64,000 nucleotides of DNA from an uncultured Bacillales bacterium. Lineage in GTDB: Bacteria; Bacillota_I; Bacilli_A; RFN20; CAG-826. How positions within the stretch are numbered: the stretch's first letter is position 1; the number at the start of each line of letters is the position of its first letter. This document shows positions 47,383-57,081 of the stretch, piece after piece. The notes under the pieces are model-generated. The model was not told where the DNA came from, searched no databases, and worked only from the letters and a program-made list of their open reading frames with translations. A program made the position numbers and the translations under genes. The DNA lies in assembly GCA_903845135.1 (NCBI GenBank), contig CAIMWL010000002.1, positions 2,792-66,791 of the forward strand, read 5' to 3'.

Positions 47383-48003
47383 TTAATTTAATTTAAATTG
47401 TTTAATTAAACGATGTAAACGTTTGTAACTGATTAAAGTTAAAGCAATAATCACGATATTTTTAAAGGTGTTAAAGGGGATATACATCCATAACACCAAT
47501 GACCAATATGGATTGGTCACTTGTGGAATAGCGGATTGGATATAACCTAGGAATGCTTCTGGTGTAATATTTAAAAATAATTCAAGGTATAAATCCGTGA
47601 TCCAAAGTGCATTCATTAATGAGGTGGTCGTGATTTGTAATAAAAAACCAACGATGAAACCAACCATGGCCGTCTGTTTGGTTCTTGACCGTTGATACAA
47701 CCAAGCACCGGGCAAAACGAACACTAAAGAATAGATTAAATCGGCAAATTCACCAATACCACCAGTGGTGGAAAAAGGTAAAGAAAATAAAAACCGAAAG
47801 AATCCTAGAAAAATTGCGGCAATAGGACCTAAAGAAAAACCACCGATAAACATGACAATTTCCGAAAGATTAATTTCCAAAAACAAAATCACTGGGATAC
47901 GCAATATCGGTAAATAAAGCAAGTAGGTTAAAGCGGATAACAAACCCACTAGGGCAAGGTAGCGCAAGGAAATAGTATGGGATAAAAATTTATTTTTTTC
48001 CAT
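47383..48003 (-). CDS. Polytopic membrane protein, ECF-transporter S-component-like (tentative)
   Basis: Five to six hydrophobic helices over about 200 aa. The start is placed at MEKNKF. Its longer track version overlaps the parB 3' end. Confidence 0.4.
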   Translation of the reverse strand: MEKNKFLSHTISLRYLALVGLLSALTYLLYLPILRIPVILFLEINLSEIVMFIGGFSLGPIAAIFLGFFRFLFSLPFSTTGGIGEFADLIYSLVFVLPGAWLYQRSRTKQTAMVGFIVGFLLQITTTSLMNALWITDLYLELFLNITPEAFLGYIQSAIPQVTNPYWSLVLWMYIPFNTFKNIVIIALTLISYKRLHRLIKQFKLN

Positions 48004-48832
48004 GAATAAGTTGATCAACAAATTGAATGAGCGCTTCTGAAGTATCAAAACTAAATTTAATGCTTTTCTTTGTGGTTACCACTTGACTGGAAAATTGTTT
48101 TTCTAAGTTTTTTTCATTTACGGGATTGATCACTTGTGGCTTATGTTCTTTCACCAATCTTTCAAATTCTCTAACCGATAATTTTTCCTTAATCAACTTC
48201 AGCACGAGTTCATCGATGAGTTCAGTATCTAGCGTTACTAAAATTTTGGCATGACCATAAGTAATGGTTTGAGCATTGATTAATTTTCTAGTGAAAACCG
48301 GAAGTTTAAGTAACCGCAAAATATTCGAAACTTGGGATCGAGAATAATGCATAATTTTCGCCAAGGCCACTTGCCGATATTGATATTGGTCAATTAACGC
48401 CTGGCAAACTAAAGCAATCGCCATGACATTTTGTTCAGTTTCTTCGCGTAATGAGGCAAGTAAAACCAAAAGCATCTCCTCATCTGACATTGTGGTGACA
48501 ACCACGGGAACTTTTTGAAACTTTAGTAATTTTGTAGCATACCAAATTTTTCGACCAAGAATGATTTGAAAACGCCCATTCACTTGCCTTAATAACAAGG
48601 GATTGAGTAAGGGTTTCTCGGTGAGTGTTTCTAATAAGTCTCTTAATTGGTCACTACGAATGGTGACTTCTTTTAATACAGGAATATCGTCTATAAGTGT
48701 TGGATTTATATCTTTTTTTTGTAAACTTTTAAATTGTTGTTCCAGTTTGTGAACAATATCACGTGAACTATATTTTTCAATCAACGTTGACAGTCTTTGG
48801 TTGAGAATGGATTTACGCTCTGCCATGATCAA
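47990..48832 (-). CDS. parB: ParB/Spo0J-family protein with degenerate CTP-binding boxes
   Basis: HTH region ALAKIMHYSRSQVSNILRLL, and it lies downstream of parA. Box II reads ILGRKIWYA instead of AGERRxRA. Box I reads LLETLTEKPLLNPLLL instead of LxESIxxxGxLxPIxV. Confidence 0.7.
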   Translation of the reverse strand: MIMAERKSILNQRLSTLIEKYSSRDIVHKLEQQFKSLQKKDINPTLIDDIPVLKEVTIRSDQLRDLLETLTEKPLLNPLLLRQVNGRFQIILGRKIWYATKLLKFQKVPVVVTTMSDEEMLLVLLASLREETEQNVMAIALVCQALIDQYQYRQVALAKIMHYSRSQVSNILRLLKLPVFTRKLINAQTITYGHAKILVTLDTELIDELVLKLIKEKLSVREFERLVKEHKPQVINPVNEKNLEKQFSSQVVTTKKSIKFSFDTSEALIQFVDQLIHGKK

Positions 48833-49586
48833 TGACCTCCTTTGCTAATGCTAGATAAGCTTCGGCACCACTTGAGGTTGGTCGATATAAGTGAATCGGC
48901 ATACCTTTTGCACTTGCCTCTGCCAGTGAAATATTTCTTGGAATTTGCGTGTAGAAAGTGTTCTCTTTAAATAACCCTCTTACTTCGCTAGAAATTTCAG
49001 TTGCTAACCGTGTTCGAGGGTCATACATGGTCAATAAAAAACCCTCTATTTTAATGAATGGATGATACTCACTTTTAACTTGTTGAATAGTCGCGAGGAC
49101 TTGAGCAACTGCTTCCATCGCAAAATACTCACACTGCACGGGAACAATCACACTATCACAAGCAACTAAAGCGGATACAGATATCCACCCTAAAGACGGC
49201 GGACAATCCATTATCAAATAATCAAAATTCCCTTTAATCGTCGCAACCACTTCTTTAAGTTTAAAATAAGGATTCGCTGAACCATTCGAAACAAGCTCAC
49301 TTTCAACGGTGGCTAATTGTAAAGACGCAGGGAGAATTGATAAAGATTTCATGGCAGTATAACGAATCGCTTGTCGAATCGATAATGTCCCTTTAATGAC
49401 TTCATAAACGCTTTGCGATAAGGTTGAAACTTCGACACCAACAGCGCGACTGGCATTGCCTTGTGGGTCTAAATCGATAATTAATACTTTATGACCAAGT
49501 TGAGCAAGGGCACTGGCAAGTGAAACAGAAGTTGTGGTTTTACCGACACCACCTTTTTGGTTCGCAATCGCAATGATTTTTCCCAT
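48813..49586 (-). CDS. parA: Chromosome partitioning ATPase ParA/Soj
   Basis: Deviant Walker A ANQKGGVGKTTT. The start is placed at ATG 49586 (MGKIIAI). The track start at 49667 adds 27 unrelated codons. Confidence 0.9.
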   Translation of the reverse strand: MGKIIAIANQKGGVGKTTTSVSLASALAQLGHKVLIIDLDPQGNASRAVGVEVSTLSQSVYEVIKGTLSIRQAIRYTAMKSLSILPASLQLATVESELVSNGSANPYFKLKEVVATIKGNFDYLIMDCPPSLGWISVSALVACDSVIVPVQCEYFAMEAVAQVLATIQQVKSEYHPFIKIEGFLLTMYDPRTRLATEISSEVRGLFKENTFYTQIPRNISLAEASAKGMPIHLYRPTSSGAEAYLALAKEVIDHGRA

Positions 49587-49596
49587 AACGCATTTA

Positions 49597-50304
49597 TTAT
49601 AAAGGAGTTTTCTTAATCTGTGAAAACATTCGCGGAAAATTCGATGGGGTAGGCATTGTTTTTTCAATCACTAACAATGCGCGTTGCTCATGATCGGTTG
49701 GTAATCGGTGCGTTTTGACTTCAGTGATGGTCGCACCTAAAACCCTCAAAGCATTTTTTGCAAGCGCAATTTCCGCAAGATAATCTTTGCCTTTGTAGAT
49801 TAGCGCCTGCCCGCCAACTTTTAATAAGGGTATGGATAATTCGAGCAGCATCGGTAAAGAGGCAACTGCTCTAGCCACTAGATAGTCGAATGGTTTAAAT
49901 GTATTCTCTCTCGCCAACATTTCTGCTCTTTGACTCAATGCTTGAATGTTTGGTAATTGAAGTTGTTGAATGACATCCATTAGAAATTGAGTCTTTTTCA
50001 AGGTTGGTTCAAGTAAAACCATCTTTAGATTGGGATAAACGATTTTCAGGGGGATGCCGGGAAATCCTGCTCCGGAACCTAAATCAATCATCGAGGCATT
50101 TTTTTTAAATTGTGCCAAAGGAAAACAAAGACTATCATAAATTCCTTTTTCGTAAATGATTTCTAAATTTGAATATGCGGTTAAATTAAATCGTTGATTG
50201 GTATGAAATACTTGATCAGCAAAATTTTTCAACCTTAAAAATTGCGCATCATCGATTGCCAGATTCATTTGTTGTAATGAGAGTTTAAGTTGCGACAGTT
50301 CCAC
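49597..50304 (-). CDS. rsmG: 16S rRNA (guanine527-N7)-methyltransferase RsmG (GidB)
   Basis: GTG start with SD AAAGGA 8 nt upstream. The N-terminus aligns with B. subtilis GidB (…NLTA), and a SAM motif DLGSGAGFPGIPL is present. Confidence 0.85.
   Translation of the reverse strand: MELSQLKLSLQQMNLAIDDAQFLRLKNFADQVFHTNQRFNLTAYSNLEIIYEKGIYDSLCFPLAQFKKNASMIDLGSGAGFPGIPLKIVYPNLKMVLLEPTLKKTQFLMDVIQQLQLPNIQALSQRAEMLARENTFKPFDYLVARAVASLPMLLELSIPLLKVGGQALIYKGKDYLAEIALAKNALRVLGATITEVKTHRLPTDHEQRALLVIEKTMPTPSNFPRMFSQIKKTPL
49598..49603 (-). promoter_or_regulatory. Candidate -10 box (TATAAT) for an internal parAB promoter
   Basis: Minus strand reads TTTATAATAAATGCGTTATG. The TATAAT ends 11 nt before the parA ATG, and there is no SD. 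Confidence 0.3.
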
Positions 50305-52174
50305 GTTGCAATCCTTTTTTAATTTGCATAACTAAAAGGGAAATATCACTTGGATTAACACCTGAAATTCGCGATGCTTGACCTATAGTTAAGGGTTTAA
50401 TTTTACTAAGTTTTTGTCTCGCTTCCATCGCCATCCCTGCAAGACTAGCATAATCAATCGATTGCGGAATCGTTAAATCTTCATACTTTGCGAAAGCTTG
50501 AGCTTGTTTAACTTCTTTTTCAATATAACCCACAAACTTTATATTCACTTCTAATTGGGTTAACAATGATTCAGATAACGTGAACTGTTGAAGGCTAGGG
50601 AAAAACTTGATTAAATCATGCCATTTAATTTGCGGGCGTCTTAGTAATTCATAGGCCGTAATCCCACCTTGTAAAGCACCTTGATCAAGCGTTGCAAGGA
50701 AGGCATTGATGGTTGGGTTTGGACGAATGGAAACAGATTTTAAATGCTGCTCAATATCTTGAAGTAATTGTTGTTCTTCTTTAAATAAATGGTATTGCTT
50801 ATCGTTGACTAAACCAATATCGCGACCAATTTGGGTCAATCTTGCTGCCGCATTATCGTGTCTAAGTAATAAGCGATATTCGGCACGAGAGGATAATAAG
50901 CGATATGGTTCTTGCGTTCCTTTTGTCACTAAATCATCAATCATCACGCCAATATAAGCTTGATCCCTTCTTAGAATCACAGGCGGTAATTTGCGAATTT
51001 TTCTGACAGCGTTGATCCCGGCCATGATACCGGCTCCAGCAGCTTCTTCATATCCAGAGGTGCCGAAAATTTGACCAGCACCATATAGACCTGGCCATTT
51101 TTTTACTTCTAAGGTTAAGTCAAATTGCGTTGGCACAATCGCATCATATTCAATCGCATATGCATATTTTAAAAATACCGCTTGCTCTAGTCCAGGTAAA
51201 GAACGCACCATTTTTTCTTGAATTTCAGGCGGCATGGAAGTGGAAAAACCTTGTAAATACATCGAATCCGTTTCAGCAGATTCTGGTTCAATAAACAATT
51301 GATGCCGTTCTTTATCAGCAAAGCGAACCACTTTATCTTCAATCGAGGGACAATAACGAGGCCCAACGCCAGTCACTAACCCTCCAAACATTGCAGATTT
51401 TTTTAAATTTTGTCTGATGATGTCATGAGTTTGAGGTTGCGTATGAATCAAATAGCAAAGTGCTTGTTCGCTAAAGGGTTTTGCTTTAGGCGAAAGGGCA
51501 GAAAATAATAATTCGCCTTCAGAAGGATATTGTGGATCCATCTTTGAGAAGTCGAGTGAATTACGTTTAAGCCTTGGAGGTGTGCCTGTTTTAAGACGGA
51601 ATAATTCAATCCCCATTTTTGCAAGATTAGGGGATAAACCTAAACTTGGTTTTTCACCGTCCGGGCCAGCAGATCGTTTTGTTAATCCAACGAGCACTTC
51701 CGATTCCATATAGGTTCCAGTTGTTAAAATAACTGCGTCCGATTCTATGGTTTCACCATTAGCCATGACCACCCCAAACACACTATGATCATCATGAAGT
51801 AAATTCAAGACCATGCCTTCTTTAACAGTAAGGTTTTCGGTTTCATCGGCCAGTTTTTGCATATATCGAGGATATCGAAGTTTATCAACCTGGGCGCGTA
51901 AACATTGAACACCTGGACCTTTACCGGTGTTTAGCATTTTCATTTGTAAATATTCCGCATCAGCACCGACACCCATTTTGCCACCTAAGGCATCAATTTC
52001 TCGAACGACAATCCCCTTGGCACTACCACCAATAGAAGGATTGCAAGGCATATTGCCCATCATTTTTTTATTGAGGGTGATGAGTAAAGTTTTAGCACCC
52101 ATGTTCGCTGCAGCAAAAGCTGCTTCTAATCCAGCATGGCCACCACCAATGACAATCACTTCATATCGCGTCAT
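50285..52174 (-). CDS. mnmG: tRNA uridine 5-carboxymethylaminomethyl modification enzyme MnmG (GidA)
   Basis: FAD motif VIVIGGGHAGLEAAFAAA. 629 aa. Confidence 0.95.
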   Translation of the reverse strand: MTRYEVIVIGGGHAGLEAAFAAANMGAKTLLITLNKKMMGNMPCNPSIGGSAKGIVVREIDALGGKMGVGADAEYLQMKMLNTGKGPGVQCLRAQVDKLRYPRYMQKLADETENLTVKEGMVLNLLHDDHSVFGVVMANGETIESDAVILTTGTYMESEVLVGLTKRSAGPDGEKPSLGLSPNLAKMGIELFRLKTGTPPRLKRNSLDFSKMDPQYPSEGELLFSALSPKAKPFSEQALCYLIHTQPQTHDIIRQNLKKSAMFGGLVTGVGPRYCPSIEDKVVRFADKERHQLFIEPESAETDSMYLQGFSTSMPPEIQEKMVRSLPGLEQAVFLKYAYAIEYDAIVPTQFDLTLEVKKWPGLYGAGQIFGTSGYEEAAGAGIMAGINAVRKIRKLPPVILRRDQAYIGVMIDDLVTKGTQEPYRLLSSRAEYRLLLRHDNAAARLTQIGRDIGLVNDKQYHLFKEEQQLLQDIEQHLKSVSIRPNPTINAFLATLDQGALQGGITAYELLRRPQIKWHDLIKFFPSLQQFTLSESLLTQLEVNIKFVGYIEKEVKQAQAFAKYEDLTIPQSIDYASLAGMAMEARQKLSKIKPLTIGQASRISGVNPSDISLLVMQIKKGLQRGTVAT

Positions 52175-52180
52175 AAAAGA

Positions 52181-53578
52181 TTAACCGACACTACCTTCCA
52201 TTTCTAATTTAATTAAATGATTCAATTCAACCGCATATTCCATCGGTAATTCACGTGAGAATGGTTCAATAAATCCCATAATAATCATTTGGGTTGCATC
52301 TTCTTCTGATAACCCTCTCGACATTAAATAAAATAATTGATCTTCAGAAATTTTACTGACTGTCGCTTCATGCTCGATAAAAGATTCATTGTTTAAAACT
52401 TCATCTTTAGGAATCGTATCCGCTTTGGAACGACCATCGAGAATTAACGTATCGCATTCGGTATGATTTTTAGAATTAATGGCTTGCGGATGAATTCGAA
52501 CTGTACCGCGATAATTACTGACGCCACCATTCCGCACAATCGTTTTTGAAACAATTGTTGAAGAAGTGTCGGGTGCTAAGTGAATCATTCTCGCGCCAGC
52601 ATCTTGTTCTTGACCTTTACCTGCAACCGCTATCGAAATGACCGTTCCTTTAGAACCACGACCACCGAGAATAACAGCGGGATACTTCATATTTTTCATC
52701 GAACCTATATTGCCATCGATCCATTCCATTTGCGCATTTTCATGGCAATAAGCGCGCTTGGTCACAAGATTTAATACGTTAGGAGACCAATTTTGAATCG
52801 TCGTATATCGGCATTTTGCATTGGGTAAAACAATAATTTCTACGACTGCAGCATGTAATGATTCAATTGAATAAATAGGAGCAGTGCAACCTTCAACATA
52901 GTTCACACTTGCCCCTTCATCGACAATTATGAGCGTGCGTTCAAATTGTCCCGTCTTTTCATTATTGATTCGGAAATAAGCTTGTAAAGGTTTATCAAGA
53001 TGAACATTTTTAGGTACATAAATAAACGAACCACCAGACCAAACCGCAGTATTAAGTGCCGCAAATTTATTATCATTCATCGGAATGACAGATCCAAAAT
53101 ATTGTTTGAAAAGTTCGGGGAATTGTTTTAACCCTTCATCGGTTGACAAAAATTTAATTCCCTTTTCTTCAACTTCCTTTAGCATCGAATGATAAACCAC
53201 TTCTGACTCATATTGAGTCGTAACACCGGAAAGATATTTAGCTTCCGCTTCAGGAATTCCTAATTTTTGAAAGGTATTTTTAATCGTATCAGGAACTTTT
53301 TCCCATGTAGTTTCTTCTCTTTCAGACGGCTTGGTGTAATAAGTGTAAGTTTGAAAATCAATAAAATTTAAATCAGGACCAAATTTAGGCATTTTTAATC
53401 CTTGAAAAATTTTAAAGGCTAGGACTCTTTTTTCTTCCATCCATTTCGGTTCTTTTTTTAACCGAGAAATTTGGCGAACAATGGCTTCAGAAATCCCTTT
53501 TTCAGTTTTTAAAATTGAGACGTCTTTATCATTAAATCCATATCGATATTCGTCTTGGGGAATATTGTCTTTATCCAT
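52181..53578 (-). CDS. sufB: Fe-S cluster assembly protein SufB
   Basis: 465 aa and SufB/SufD fold. It follows sufU, as in the Firmicutes sufCDSUB layout. Confidence 0.9.
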   Translation of the reverse strand: MDKDNIPQDEYRYGFNDKDVSILKTEKGISEAIVRQISRLKKEPKWMEEKRVLAFKIFQGLKMPKFGPDLNFIDFQTYTYYTKPSEREETTWEKVPDTIKNTFQKLGIPEAEAKYLSGVTTQYESEVVYHSMLKEVEEKGIKFLSTDEGLKQFPELFKQYFGSVIPMNDNKFAALNTAVWSGGSFIYVPKNVHLDKPLQAYFRINNEKTGQFERTLIIVDEGASVNYVEGCTAPIYSIESLHAAVVEIIVLPNAKCRYTTIQNWSPNVLNLVTKRAYCHENAQMEWIDGNIGSMKNMKYPAVILGGRGSKGTVISIAVAGKGQEQDAGARMIHLAPDTSSTIVSKTIVRNGGVSNYRGTVRIHPQAINSKNHTECDTLILDGRSKADTIPKDEVLNNESFIEHEATVSKISEDQLFYLMSRGLSEEDATQMIIMGFIEPFSRELPMEYAVELNHLIKLEMEGSVG

Positions 53579-54013
53579 TTATTTTTCCTCCTTTAATAAC
53601 GAAGATAAACCTTGCCAAGCAAGGGTCGCACACTTAATGCGACTAGCTTGTTTATATGTGTTTTGAAACACCATTGCCTCACCCAGCACACTACTGTCAT
53701 AGGGTTGAGCATGAATCATCTTCATATATTGCTCGATTACATAAATCGCTTCTTTTTTGGATTTACCCATCAATAACTCAGTCATGATGGAAGTTGATGC
53801 GGTTGAAATCGTGCAAGCAACTCCTTCAAAACTAAGCGCCTTAATTATGCCATTTTCCAGCAAAAGATTGACATCAATATCATCAATACATCCTGAGGTA
53901 TCCATGTGAATCGATTGCACGCCAGGTACATTTAATTTTACGCGATTCCGTGGATGTTCATAGTGATCCATAATTATTTGACGCATCAGCATCGGATCAT
54001 TGAAAGTAGGCAT
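53579..54013 (-). CDS. sufU: Fe-S cluster assembly scaffold SufU (zinc-dependent sulfurtransferase)
   Basis: Start MPTFNDPMLMRQIIMDHYEHP matches B. subtilis SufU. The SD AGGAAGGA lies upstream of ATG 54013. Conserved Cys/Asp motifs DTSGCID and GVACTIS are present. Confidence 0.85.
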   Translation of the reverse strand: MPTFNDPMLMRQIIMDHYEHPRNRVKLNVPGVQSIHMDTSGCIDDIDVNLLLENGIIKALSFEGVACTISTASTSIMTELLMGKSKKEAIYVIEQYMKMIHAQPYDSSVLGEAMVFQNTYKQASRIKCATLAWQGLSSLLKEEK

Positions 54014-55220
54014 CGAGAAAATTCCTTCCTTTCTTTGCGGCATCTAAAAATCGATCAACTTCTTCAATCGTGTTATAGAAATAGGCTGACCAACGAACTG
54101 TCCCGTCGGTTTTTAAAAAGTCGACAAGGTTGCGGGCACAATGTTGACCGGAGCGAACGGCAACCCCTTGACTATTAAAGTAAGTGGCAGCATCTTGAGG
54201 ATTGACACCGACGATATTAAATGCAAGGATTGCCGAATCAGTTTCTGGATTGTAAACCTTGATATGATCGATTTTTTTAAGACCCGCAAGGCAATAATCT
54301 TTTAATTTTTTTTCTTGAGAGTGAATCAATTCAAAGCTTACTTTTTCTAAATATTCAATCGCCGCTTTTAATCCAATAATTCCAGCCCAGTTTTGAGTAC
54401 CAGCCTCAAACACATGAGGAATCGGCGCGTACTTTACTTTATGGTCTTTATTAAAGCGAAGCGACATTGCCCCACCTGTGAAAAATGGTTTCATTTTTTC
54501 TAGTAATTGATATTTTCCGTACAAAACGCCAATCCCCGTTGGTCCAAGCATTTTGTGTCCAGAAAAAACGAGGAAATCAATGTCTTGCATTTGGACATCC
54601 GTAGCTCGATGAGGCACCGATTGTGCACCATCTACAATCACAATCGCACCGACAGTGTGGGCAAGTTTAGCTAATGCTTGGACATTAGTTTGTGTCCCTA
54701 AAACATTACTTATACTAGCAAAAGATACAATTTTAGTATTTTTATTCAAATGCATTTTTAATAAGTCTGGGGTTAATCGTTGTTGTGAATCTAAATCGAT
54801 AATCACAACTTTTGCACCAGTTTTTTCTGCAACTTGATACCAAGGTAAAACATTGGCTGCGTGTTCTGATTCGGTGATGATGATTTCATCACCTGGTTTT
54901 AAAAGATGCATTGCATAACTTTGAGCAATTAAATTGATACCCATCGTCGTGCCGGTAGTGAATACAATTTCTTGAGATTTTGCGTTAATGAAATCTGCAA
55001 CTTTTTTTCGAGAACTTTCAATTTCGGTTTCAAGATAATGGGCTAGATCGTATTCACCTCGACCAGCATTAACGGGATATTCTAAGTAGTATCGATCCAT
55101 TGCCTTGATGACCGATAATGGCTTAAAAGTAGTGGAAGCATTATCAAAATAAACTAAAGGTTTGCCTTTAAATTTCTTTTTGAAAATGGGAAAATCTTGC
55201 CGGATTTGTTTGAGATTCAC
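53997..55220 (-). CDS. sufS: Cysteine desulfurase SufS
   Basis: GTG start overlapping the sufD stop (GTGA). PLP region SGHKMLGPTGIG and catalytic RSGQHCA are present. Confidence 0.9.
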   Translation of the reverse strand: MNLKQIRQDFPIFKKKFKGKPLVYFDNASTTFKPLSVIKAMDRYYLEYPVNAGRGEYDLAHYLETEIESSRKKVADFINAKSQEIVFTTGTTMGINLIAQSYAMHLLKPGDEIIITESEHAANVLPWYQVAEKTGAKVVIIDLDSQQRLTPDLLKMHLNKNTKIVSFASISNVLGTQTNVQALAKLAHTVGAIVIVDGAQSVPHRATDVQMQDIDFLVFSGHKMLGPTGIGVLYGKYQLLEKMKPFFTGGAMSLRFNKDHKVKYAPIPHVFEAGTQNWAGIIGLKAAIEYLEKVSFELIHSQEKKLKDYCLAGLKKIDHIKVYNPETDSAILAFNIVGVNPQDAATYFNSQGVAVRSGQHCARNLVDFLKTDGTVRWSAYFYNTIEEVDRFLDAAKKGRNFLDAYFQ

Positions 55221-56038
55221 GATTCATTTCCTAATGCAATTTGTTGAGATAACATGGCTCGAATTGATTCGTCGCTGAAATAAGCAATAATCGGTTGAAG
55301 ATAACCCAAGGTTATCAGTCGCTTTGCTTCTTGTTTTGTAAGGCCACGAGATTGTAAATAATATAAATGATCTTCATTGACACGACCAACCGTTGCAGCA
55401 TGAGATGCTTCTACTTCATTTTCATCAATTTTTAATACTGGATCTGCCCGACCAAAACATTTTTCATCAAACACCATGATTTTGGCAGATTGGTGTGTTT
55501 TAGAAAATTTAGCGCCATTAATAATATGCCCAGTCCCTGTAAATTGGAGGCTACTTTGGCCTTCTGTGACACCATAATTGGTCATATTCGCATAGGTGTT
55601 GAAATTTTTATGTGTGAAATTGACCGAGTAAAACTTACGATCTTGATGACTGGCTAAAGCAGCCGTTCGCCATTCAACCTGGGAGTCTCTTCCTAACATT
55701 TCAAAAGCAATGTTTACACGACCCTTACCTTCGGTAAAATCGGCAATCGCTGCCTCAAGATTGACGTTGGCGCCAACAGAAGCCTGCCAATTAAAATTCT
55801 TGTTTTCACCAAACATCGCAAATTGGATTTTTCCGGAAACATAGTCTGCAATATCAACTTCAAGCATTAAATCGTGTTTTCCGTTTTGAATAAGTAAATC
55901 AATATCGGCATTCGGTGCGATGACTAAATGAATGGGTGAAAAAGTGACATTACTTAAGTCGAGTAGATATTGCACTCTAACTTTGGACGATGGAATGTGA
56001 AAAACTGATTGATTGGCAATCAGCTTATTTCTTTGCAT
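55217..56038 (-). CDS. sufD: Fe-S cluster assembly protein SufD (short form)
   Basis: SufBD C-terminal domain. The start is placed at ATG 56038 (MQRNKL) with GAGG 11 nt upstream. The track start at 56068 is GTG. Confidence 0.65.
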   Translation of the reverse strand: MQRNKLIANQSVFHIPSSKVRVQYLLDLSNVTFSPIHLVIAPNADIDLLIQNGKHDLMLEVDIADYVSGKIQFAMFGENKNFNWQASVGANVNLEAAIADFTEGKGRVNIAFEMLGRDSQVEWRTAALASHQDRKFYSVNFTHKNFNTYANMTNYGVTEGQSSLQFTGTGHIINGAKFSKTHQSAKIMVFDEKCFGRADPVLKIDENEVEASHAATVGRVNEDHLYYLQSRGLTKQEAKRLITLGYLQPIIAYFSDESIRAMLSQQIALGNES

Positions 56039-56873
56039 ATTTTGTGGCCTCATTGGTGGCACAAGCACCGATAGAAATGGTGTTCATTGAAATTGGTTTG
56101 GCGTTTTTTTCTTCTTTTTTGATGCTAATTCCATATTCTTTTGTCAACCATTCATAACCAGAACCATCGACTTTGGTAATGACTTCAGGACCGCCTTCAA
56201 CCGCAATCCGTCCATTTATCATCACCACAACTCTGGTTGGTTGAATCATTTGGAATAGTCTTGCATAGTGAGAAATAATTAAAAAACTCATCTTGGTTTC
56301 ACGTTGAATTTTTTTGATCGCCTCACTGACAGCTTGCAAGGCATCGACGTCTAAACCAGAATCAATTTCATCTAACATTGCGATAGTTGGCTTTAATAAG
56401 AGTAATTGAAGGATTTCATTTCGTTTACGTTCGCCACCTGAAAAACCTTCATTAAGGTGACGATGACTTAACTCAAGCGGAATCTTCATTTGCTTGGATG
56501 CATCATCAAGTTTTTTATAAAGCTCAACTAAATTAATAGGTTTTTCTCTTCGGACATTGATTGCAGCCTTTAAAAAATCTGAATTGATAACGCCAGGAAC
56601 TTCGGAAGGATGTTGCATTCCCAGAAATAATCCAGCTCTTGATCGTTCATCTACTTCCATTTCTCTGACATTTTTTCCATCTAAAAGGATTTCACCTTCT
56701 GTAATTTCATATTTTGGATGACCCATGATTGCAGATAATAAAGTTGACTTACCGTGACCATTAGGACCTAACAAGGCAACAGTCTCATGATCTTGAATGG
56801 TTAAATTGACACCCTTTAATATATGGATATCGGCGACCTTCACCCATAAATTTTTTATTTCTAATGTTGCCAT
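56025..56873 (-). CDS. sufC: Fe-S cluster assembly ATPase SufC
   Basis: Start MATLEIKNL with SD GAAGGAG. Walker A GPNGHGKST, signature FSGGERKRNEI, Walker B LDEIDSGLD. Confidence 0.9.
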   Translation of the reverse strand: MATLEIKNLWVKVADIHILKGVNLTIQDHETVALLGPNGHGKSTLLSAIMGHPKYEITEGEILLDGKNVREMEVDERSRAGLFLGMQHPSEVPGVINSDFLKAAINVRREKPINLVELYKKLDDASKQMKIPLELSHRHLNEGFSGGERKRNEILQLLLLKPTIAMLDEIDSGLDVDALQAVSEAIKKIQRETKMSFLIISHYARLFQMIQPTRVVVMINGRIAVEGGPEVITKVDGSGYEWLTKEYGISIKKEEKNAKPISMNTISIGACATNEATKYAKK

Positions 56874-57018
56874 AATATTCTCCTTCAAAGGTATATTTTA
56901 AGTTATTTACTTTGATATCACAAACCATATGATATAGTAAATTTTGTCGTTATTCTTGCTATTTATGAGGATTTTAAATTTAACCTTGTCGCTTTTGAAT
57001 TAAAAAAGTAGATATTTG

Positions 57019-57047
57019 TTGAATATAACCTCATAAAATAATAAAAT
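57019..57047 (+). promoter_or_regulatory. Candidate sigma-A promoter of the PrsA-like lipoprotein gene
   Basis: TTGAAT (57019-57024), a 17-nt spacer, then TAAAAT (57042-57047). It lies 35 nt upstream of RBS AGGAGG. Confidence 0.4.
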
Positions 57048-57081
57048 AACTATGCTTTATTGCTAGGAGGATTCTTAAGAA

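Noticed and set aside
52240-52265. Possible parS-like half site ATTCACGTGAGAAT inside sufB
   Set aside because: Only the central TTCACGTGA matches the parS consensus TGTTNCACGTGAAACA. The flanks do not match and it is inside a coding region. No full parS was found by eye in the window.
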